Assembly (NCBI GenBank): GCA_965637545.1
Contig: OZ281495.1
Location: forward strand, 22,382,001-22,446,000
DNA length: 64,000 nucleotides
DNA from: Phallusia mammillata
Lineage: Eukaryota
Reading direction: 5' to 3'
Under the pieces are notes generated by a model. That model was given only the letters and a program-made list of their open reading frames with translations, was not told the origin of the DNA and searched no databases. Positions 56,101-64,000 of this stretch are shown here, one piece after another; positions within the stretch are counted from its first letter, which is position 1, and each line of letters opens with the position of its first letter. The translations under genes were made by a program, and so were the position numbers.

Positions 56101-57611
56101 ACTGATTCTTGAATTCATTTGTCAAAAATAAAGAAGATACGTTATGACGAAAAATTCTTAACTGTGTTGTAATGCCTACAAGTTGACCTTTAATAGTGAC
56201 CCGTGGTTATGCGACGGCCAAGCTGACAACGAGAATATAAAGACTATTTATCGCGGCATTTGAAAAAGCTAAGTTTATTTTTTCATATTTATGTTGATCA
56301 ACGACGTTTTGCCTGACATAAACGAAACCGAAGTACGTTTATCGAGTTTAAATTACGTCTTAGGTGTAAAAACTTCGCCAAAACAGAAAATGCGCGTGAT
56401 AACTCAATAAAACGACACAGCATTGCTGCACAAAAAAACAGCTGATTTCTAATCACCCAAACGACTGTCTCGTAAAACGTCTGTCCGGGCGTCAAGCTGA
56501 GCACTCCCGCTCTGCCGCCTTAATCGTAAACCAGTGGATTCCTCCCTTGGGACTTATATCTGACTGATAGCGTACGCATATTATGGGTTGAAAAGGTAAC
56601 TGGCAAAATTTTAAATACTAAACGAATACCCTGCTTAAACAATTGTTATTTTTTTAAATATTTCAGCACCATAGGGCTTGTATTTCTGCCCTAAAACTAA
56701 AACCGATTATTTCGGGGTTTAAAGGGTAAAAAATGGGTGAATCCGAAAAAAAGATACAAAATTCTTTAAAAAACCTTACATTGCACCAAACAACAAAGCA
56801 TGAAACTCCAAGACGCTGTACTTTAGTCAGTACAACGGTTTTAAAAAATTTACATTTTGGGGGCCTGTGGGTGAACCGCTGGGCCAATCGGGGTTAAACT
56901 TCAGGAGGATCAAATTTGGATTATTCACTAACATCTTTGTAAATTTTAATAAATTTAAAGCACTCTTTCTTGACCAAACGCGACTCACAAGCCAGCGTTA
57001 CTAAAACCGATTATTTCGGGGTTTAAAGGGTGAATCCGAAAAAAAGATACAAAATTCTTTAAAAAACCTTACATTGCACCAAACAACAAAGCAAGAAACT
57101 CCAAGATGCTGTACTTTAGTCAGTACAGCCGTTTCAAAAAATTTACGTTTTGGGGGCTTGTGGGTGAACCGCTGGGTCAAGCGGGGTTAAACTTCAGGAG
57201 GATCAAATTTGGATTATTAACTAACATCTCTGAAAATTTGAATAAATTTAAGCACTCTTTCTTGACCAAACATGTGTCACAAGCCAGCGTTAGACAGAAA
57301 AAAAAAATACGGACAAAAACAATATGTGTCCCCTTCAGGTAAGGGGACCCATAATAAACATTACACAGCAAACAAATATTTATTATGATATTTTTATGGA
57401 AAGCAACTTACAGGAAGGGCTATTAATTTTGCCCCTTTGCTTGCAGCTTCCTTCACCAACTTACATGCCTTCTTGACATTTTCGGTTTTGTTGGTTCCAA
57501 CAGCCATCTGTATCAGTGCAAGACGCAAGGCTACAAACAATGACTGGTTGTCAAATTTTTAGCACAACGAATAGATTTTTTTACAAAATAGAAGTTTTAC
57601 TAACCTGACAT
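53126..57611 (-). CDS. NIT2: Omega-amidase NIT2, intact paralog B, multi-exon
   Basis: MS|ALRLALIQ...LP|ECFNSPYG...GG|SIPE...LYNTC...[59 protein letters not shown]. Confidence 0.95.
54224..54333. repeat. Fragment related to the fold-back element at 7847-8135
   Basis: Shares ataaattcataactgg, acagc.atcatg..acact and gggcctggcatactgt(ga)tttaatgt. Confidence 0.65.
54340..54554. mobile_element. hAT (Buster-type) MITE in a NIT2B intron
   Basis: CAGTGGTTCTCAAA ... TTTGAGAACTCCAG; perfect TSD gtttatgg. Confidence 0.87.
56697..57292. repeat. Tandem direct duplication (~304 + ~292 bp) in NIT2B intron 2
   Basis: Both copies start ctaaaaccgattatttcggggtttaaaggg (56697, 57001) and end cacaagccagcgtta; copy 2 has a small internal deletion. 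Confidence 0.92.
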
Positions 57612-57734
57612 ATTACTTGTTAATTTGACAGGTACCAAAGCCTAAGTATCAAACAGTTTTGCAAAACCTATACAAAACAATGCATATATATTAATCACAC
57701 ACAATTCTACACACTAAAAACAGAAATACATGCT

Positions 57735-59247
<1,513 letters not shown>

Positions 59248-60066
59248 TTAACCAGAATTCCTAAATTATACAGCACACAATGAGGCCAACCATATAAACA
59301 TTTCAGCCACACATATTCACATATGGTTGTATGAACAATTAAATACATTTTTGATACATCGTGAATACATTTAAAACTTCTTAAAGCAGTGCATTTTTTG
59401 TGCAGGTGTAAGATTTGTCAAGCACACAATACTGGAAGCAAAAGTCTGCTATTTTTAACTAATTAATATAGTATGATAAATTGAATGCAATCAAAGTACT
59501 AAAACCATGCTGCACACATTTGAGAAATTGGAAAAAACTAGTGATGCAGATAAGTTTTGGTTTCCTGAATCGTTTTAACAAGTTCTAAAACAAAATCATG
59601 TTTTTTTCCAATATATTGAGTTTTGTACTGTTTATATCTAGAGTTTCATAGACAGGTTTACCTACATGCAATTATATATATTGGTTGTGTCTTTTGAAAG
59701 TTGAATATTGGTTTGGTTCAAATTCGTTTGAGGCATGTTCACGGCATCACTAGTTAAATCCAACAGAATCTTTTTTTTTTGAAACAAGACATCTTTAGAT
59801 GAAAAAAATATAATTTGACATATTCTTTTCACATTTAAAAATAACATCGTTGCACCTAAACATTTTAGCAAAATCGCAGCAAAGCACAACAAAACAATTT
59901 GCTTTTCCAACATTTTTGGTAATTCTTTCGAATCATTCAAATGGCACAAAACTTCATTTACTAAACAGAGTTCCTAAAACCCTGCTTTTCAGTCAAATTG
60001 AAAAAAAGTAATATGCATTTTAGAACACATTAATTCAGCAGTAAACACTCTACTTGCCATAAAATT

Positions 60067-61665
60067 TCAGGCATTACGTGGGCGTTTACTGGCAATACTG
60101 TTTTCATCTAAACCATCTTCATAATCAACACCACCCGTGGAGACATCTGATGGTGCAATCAGCTGAAGCAACTTGTCCTCACTGTTCTGGCCAAACAAAG
60201 TCAAAAGAAGAGCAACACCATATCCAGTTGCCCTTTCTCCACAGTGTGCTGGTGAAGCCATATCTACATGGATCCAAGTTCCTGGAAAACTGAAAGCACC
60301 CTGAAGATGGCTACCAATGAAAAGGCCTGCACATGATGACTGGGCATTGGACCTATCTGCTACAGAATTCTTCATGTCAGCAACAGCCGAGTTAAATTCC
60401 GAGAAATGAAGTTCAGGACAGTACACAAGAGGATGAGTAAGATCACCAGACTTTTTACCAGCTTCCATAGCTATTCGCTCCCACTTTTCATTGTTGGTCA
60501 AAATAGCAGCATGATACTTTCCTGTTGACACTCCTTGTGCACCTGTAAGTGTTGCCATATCAAGGATAATGTCAGCCCTTAAATCCTTTGATGCATATGC
60601 CACACCATCTCCTAGAACCAGTCTACCTTCTGCATCAGTGTTGTTAATTTCCACTGATCGTCCAGAGTACAGAATATGAATGTCATCGGGTCTTGTTGCT
60701 ATAGGACCCACAGAGTTTTCAGCAAGACATAAAACAGCATGAAGATTCTGCTTAAAACCTCGTTTAACAGCTGCTCGAAAAGCAGATAACACAGCTGCTG
60801 CACCACCACAATCTCTTTTCATTCCTGGCATGGTGGTCTTACCCTTTATACTCAAACCACCAGTGTCATAAACAATGCCTTTTCCACACCAAGCAATGGT
60901 AAGAGTAGCATTAGGTACATAATGGCTAAGAACAACTAATGCCGGTGGATGTTCAGAGGCCTTTCCAACACCATAGATGCCACCAAACCCTTGTTTGTCT
61001 AGATCTTCACCTTGTATGACCATGGGCACAATTCCAAGTTCCTCGCCAACCTCCTTAGCTTCATTGACAAAAGCAGTAGTATTCATAATATTACAAGGCA
61101 TGTCCACAATTTTTGCTGCCAAACGAACAGAATCAGCAGTGTCCTGAAGGCAGGCTGCAATCTCTTTAAGGTCACAAGTTTTCTCACCCACAATTACAAA
61201 CTCCACAGATAGAGTACGCTGCCTCTTTGGCTTCCCTCCATCGGTTCTCATAGTAAATAACGGATATGACCTGGCAATGGCACAACCACATGCAAAAACC
61301 TCAGATTCTTCACATACTATAACCACCACTTGGTCACCTTTTCCAGTTAGACAGCTTCGCAGCAGCTTTGGAATGTGGTAAGCACTTGAAGGCATGTTAT
61401 GCCGACTTACTTTATCGGAAAAACCTCCAACATTTGCGTTGCTCATCCAAAGACCACAAGTATCAGTTGGTGCTGGACTGAGTGACTGAACAGCCTTTTT
61501 CCATACAGATTCACTTACTTTTTGCTCTAAATGGGGTGAAACATCTTTCCATGACACTTTTCTAAGATTGGAACATTTTCCTATCACACTAACAGGCACT
61601 TGGGAGGGATCACTTTTGAATGAAGTCCCAACAAACTTAACATCAGTTAAAGGCATACCAAACAT
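60067..61665 (-). CDS. NPEPL1: Probable aminopeptidase NPEPL1 (M17 family), intronless, 532 aa
   Basis: VSRHNMPS, ACAIARSYPLFT, WCGKGIVYDTGGLSIK, MKRDCGGAA, NTDAEGRLVLGDG, DMATLTGAQ, DMKNSVADR; NLS-like C-terminal KRPR. Confidence 0.96.
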   Translation of the reverse strand: MFGMPLTDVKFVGTSFKSDPSQVPVSVIGKCSNLRKVSWKDVSPHLEQKVSESVWKKAVQSLSPAPTDTCGLWMSNANVGGFSDKVSRHNMPSSAYHIPKLLRSCLTGKGDQVVVIVCEESEVFACGCAIARSYPLFTMRTDGGKPKRQRTLSVEFVIVGEKTCDLKEIAACLQDTADSVRLAAKIVDMPCNIMNTTAFVNEAKEVGEELGIVPMVIQGEDLDKQGFGGIYGVGKASEHPPALVVLSHYVPNATLTIAWCGKGIVYDTGGLSIKGKTTMPGMKRDCGGAAAVLSAFRAAVKRGFKQNLHAVLCLAENSVGPIATRPDDIHILYSGRSVEINNTDAEGRLVLGDGVAYASKDLRADIILDMATLTGAQGVSTGKYHAAILTNNEKWERIAMEAGKKSGDLTHPLVYCPELHFSEFNSAVADMKNSVADRSNAQSSCAGLFIGSHLQGAFSFPGTWIHVDMASPAHCGERATGYGVALLLTLFGQNSEDKLLQLIAPSDVSTGGVDYEDGLDENSIASKRPRNA

Positions 61666-62658
61666 TACACAACTGTTACAGCTAAACAGTAGAATCCTGA
61701 TAAATACATCAAACCAAAATAAGCAGAGTTAAACAAACCAATTGAATAAATGTCAACTAAACTTCTTTTTTAACAATACATTATTTTGACTTATGTGACA
61801 TTTTTTATGTTACCTGTTACCCATTCTTGTACCCCTACCTAATCCACTATCATAATCTGTTTATTCCCCAAAGTTGATCAATTACTAAGGTAATAAGGTT
61901 ATTATGAATATAGAATAGATGCATGTAATAGTCTGTAGGAATATAAAGGGCAATTTAAATGTTATGTAAAATGTGCACAAAGTTTTGCTGTTTTCTGCAC
62001 AAGTATTTATGTAGCAATTCGTTTCCAAAACAGGATGCAAAGTAAAATCTATTTTAGTTTAAAAAGCACGTTTCTGGGAGACATTGCGGAGCAGAGAAAC
62101 ACTCTTATGGCGCCCCAAGTGTCAATTTTTTGGGGAAAGTCCGCAAATGGAAAAATGATTAACTTCCCAGGGACCAGTTTGCTCATAGCACTGGTCTCCA
62201 GAAGGTCAGTTTTTAAAATAATATGTCATAGTGATTCAAACTGTTTTTACGACACAAAATTTTATTAATTGCATATTTTCGGTACAATCGGGCAGATGCC
62301 TTGTTGGTTAGAAAATGGGACTGATCTGGTTTTTCACAAAATTTTTCTGATGTGATAAAAACGTCATACAGCAATAGTGAAGTCATAAAGGCATTTTAGT
62401 CATTACATTTGGCAACCGGCAAGGAGGAAAAGATAGCGTGATCGATTTACGTCAACTCGCAACTTTTGAGTCAAAAGTGTATTTTTGTGATTCTGGATCG
62501 GACTTAAATTACTATTGGTACACGAAGAAGCCTGTTTTGGTTTGTGGTCCTGATTTTAGAATGACATGGTCTGCTGTTAGGCGAAATAGTTTATAACTCT
62601 GAGTTTAGTTGCTCAAAGTTCGGTTTAAAGATGTTAAATTAACATGATAGATACCATG

Positions 62659-62712
62659 CAGTGGTGGGATTCAGCCGGCTCGCACCACCACTGTCTTTTA
62701 ATCCCACCACTG
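62659..62712. mobile_element. 54-bp minimal derivative of the CAGTGGTGGGATTCA MITE family
   Basis: CAGTGGTGGGATTCA ... TAATCCCACCACTG with an extra internal CCACCACTG; same TIR as 33183-33361. Confidence 0.75.
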
Positions 62713-63269
62713 TCATCATGTTGATATAGATTACGACCTCCCCTCTTAGTCCAAAACTTTTTTAATTATTAAAACGGATTGTAAATAGATTAATAAATCT
62801 TTCTTGTAGTAAAAAGTGCGTTTTGGCTACCTAAACAGTTTTACAGGAAAAAAAATACTAGATTAACTGCTTTGGGTATAAAGAACAGTTTTGTTTGTTA
62901 CGTTTTCGCTATACTTCGAAAACGAACAGATTATTTCTGGTGGAAGGTATTTCAGGTTTTGTAATCCAGAAGAAATTCGATAAATGGCAACACACAAATC
63001 CCACAACGCGAAAAAATGAACGAGGGCGGTAATGACGCACGAAAGATGCGTGCGTTCGAGGGGCCATTTAGAATAAGATTGAGCACTAAGCGGGAACGTA
63101 CCACCACGACGTCTGTAAGGAATTTGAGTCAATTCGTTTAGATCTTATTGTATTACCATTGATTTGGGCAACAAGTGGGGCGTCTTGCTAGCGAGCTCCA
63201 TTTCTGGATCTTTCGTCAATAGCATTCAATGACGTGCCTTGTGTAATTATGTAACCGTCAGGCACCGGG

Positions 63270-63278
63270 TATATAAAA
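63270..63278 (+). promoter_or_regulatory. TATA box
   Basis: TATATAAAAG ~170 nt upstream of a signal-peptide exon. Confidence 0.55.
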
Positions 63279-63440
63279 GGGGGAACCTTGAATCCATTTG
63301 GTTAAAGTGTTAGTGTGCAGAGGGTTATCTTAGAGAGATGCGAAAAATGTCCTTGGATTGTGCTTAACAGTTTAGTATTCTCAGGTATTGAATAAAACAG
63401 GAATCATAACAATAGGCTGTTGATTAAAATTGTACAAAAA

Positions 63441-63495
63441 ATGGGTACTGGAATGTTTTTATATGTAATGTTATTGCTTGGAATCACCGCTGCAG
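63441..63495 (+). CDS. First coding exon (signal peptide) of an unidentified secreted or membrane protein, partial
   Basis: AAAA-ATG-G; MGTGMFLYVMLLLGITAA followed by phase-1 donor CAG|GTAAAA; upstream TATA box. Confidence 0.6.
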
Positions 63496-64000
63496 GTAAA
63501 AAATGTGCCAAATATACCGATTTGGCTATCTTTGTTTTGTAAAATAGCGATGTGCTGAGAATGCGTGTTCAAAAGAAGCGCGGATTTGATGTTATACGGA
63601 ATTAATCCTCGTTAAATATTAATGGAGTTACGTGTTCCGAAAAGCAGTTTATCTCTTTTATCCATTAAACACTTTTCACAAGGCAGAGTTTATGATCGGA
63701 AATACTACATGTCATTAAAAGGATAAAAAACATTTCTGTATCCCAGAAAAACTTCGTCCGATTATCTGCGGCAAATTAAAATGGTTTTTACGCGTTGAAA
63801 AACATTTCGCAATATGATCAAACAAATTATTAATATGTACATTTCAGTTGTGTGTGTATGTGGTTCTCATGCTGTCTTAACCAAAGATGAAACAACATCG
63901 ATTTGAGGTTAAAGGTGGTGAAATATTTAAGGAGTTGCGCCGATGTCGCATATGTATTGGGTTTTAATCAACGCATAATCAGGAAAAAAATCAATATATC

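Noticed and set aside
56298-56504. [23 protein letters not shown] as an alternative mitochondrial-targeting first exon of NIT2B
   Set aside because: It lies downstream of exon 2, so using it would delete the first strands and helix of the nitrilase fold; the donor is weak.
63848-63910. TTTCAG| exon as continuation of the signal-peptide exon
   Set aside because: A phase-1 join hits TGA after 19 codons; the true second exon is probably outside the window.

Overview
AT-rich, gene-dense animal genomic DNA with short GT-AG introns, many MITEs and mosaic CpG depletion; these traits fit an ascidian/tunicate (inference). Genes in order: SLC22-type transporter (-, partial), TAF1B (+), eIF5 (-), CTL/SLC44-like protein with a long basic tail (+), Kir channel (-), a ~10 kb MITE-rich gap, ARV1 (-), MLH3 (-), intronless CEP120 (+), CFAP91 (+), two tandem NIT2 copies (-; one has an in-frame TAA), PIGM (-), TRIAP1 (-), NPEPL1 (-), and a signal-peptide exon at the right edge (+). 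Three observations stand out. (1) TRIAP1 and PIGM overlap (…GAG TAA C ATG…), and a canonical 3' splice acceptor sits inside the TRIAP1 CDS just upstream of the first PIGM ATG, within a co-oriented operon-like run NPEPL1-TRIAP1-PIGM-NIT2. (2) eIF5 has a spliced 127-codon uORF starting in worst-case UUU-AUG-U context and overlapping the main ORF, the signature of eIF5 autoregulation. (3) The hAT MITE target-site duplications sort into Buster-type and Ac-type patterns. All gene calls come from manual translation and motif recognition; no database searches were run.
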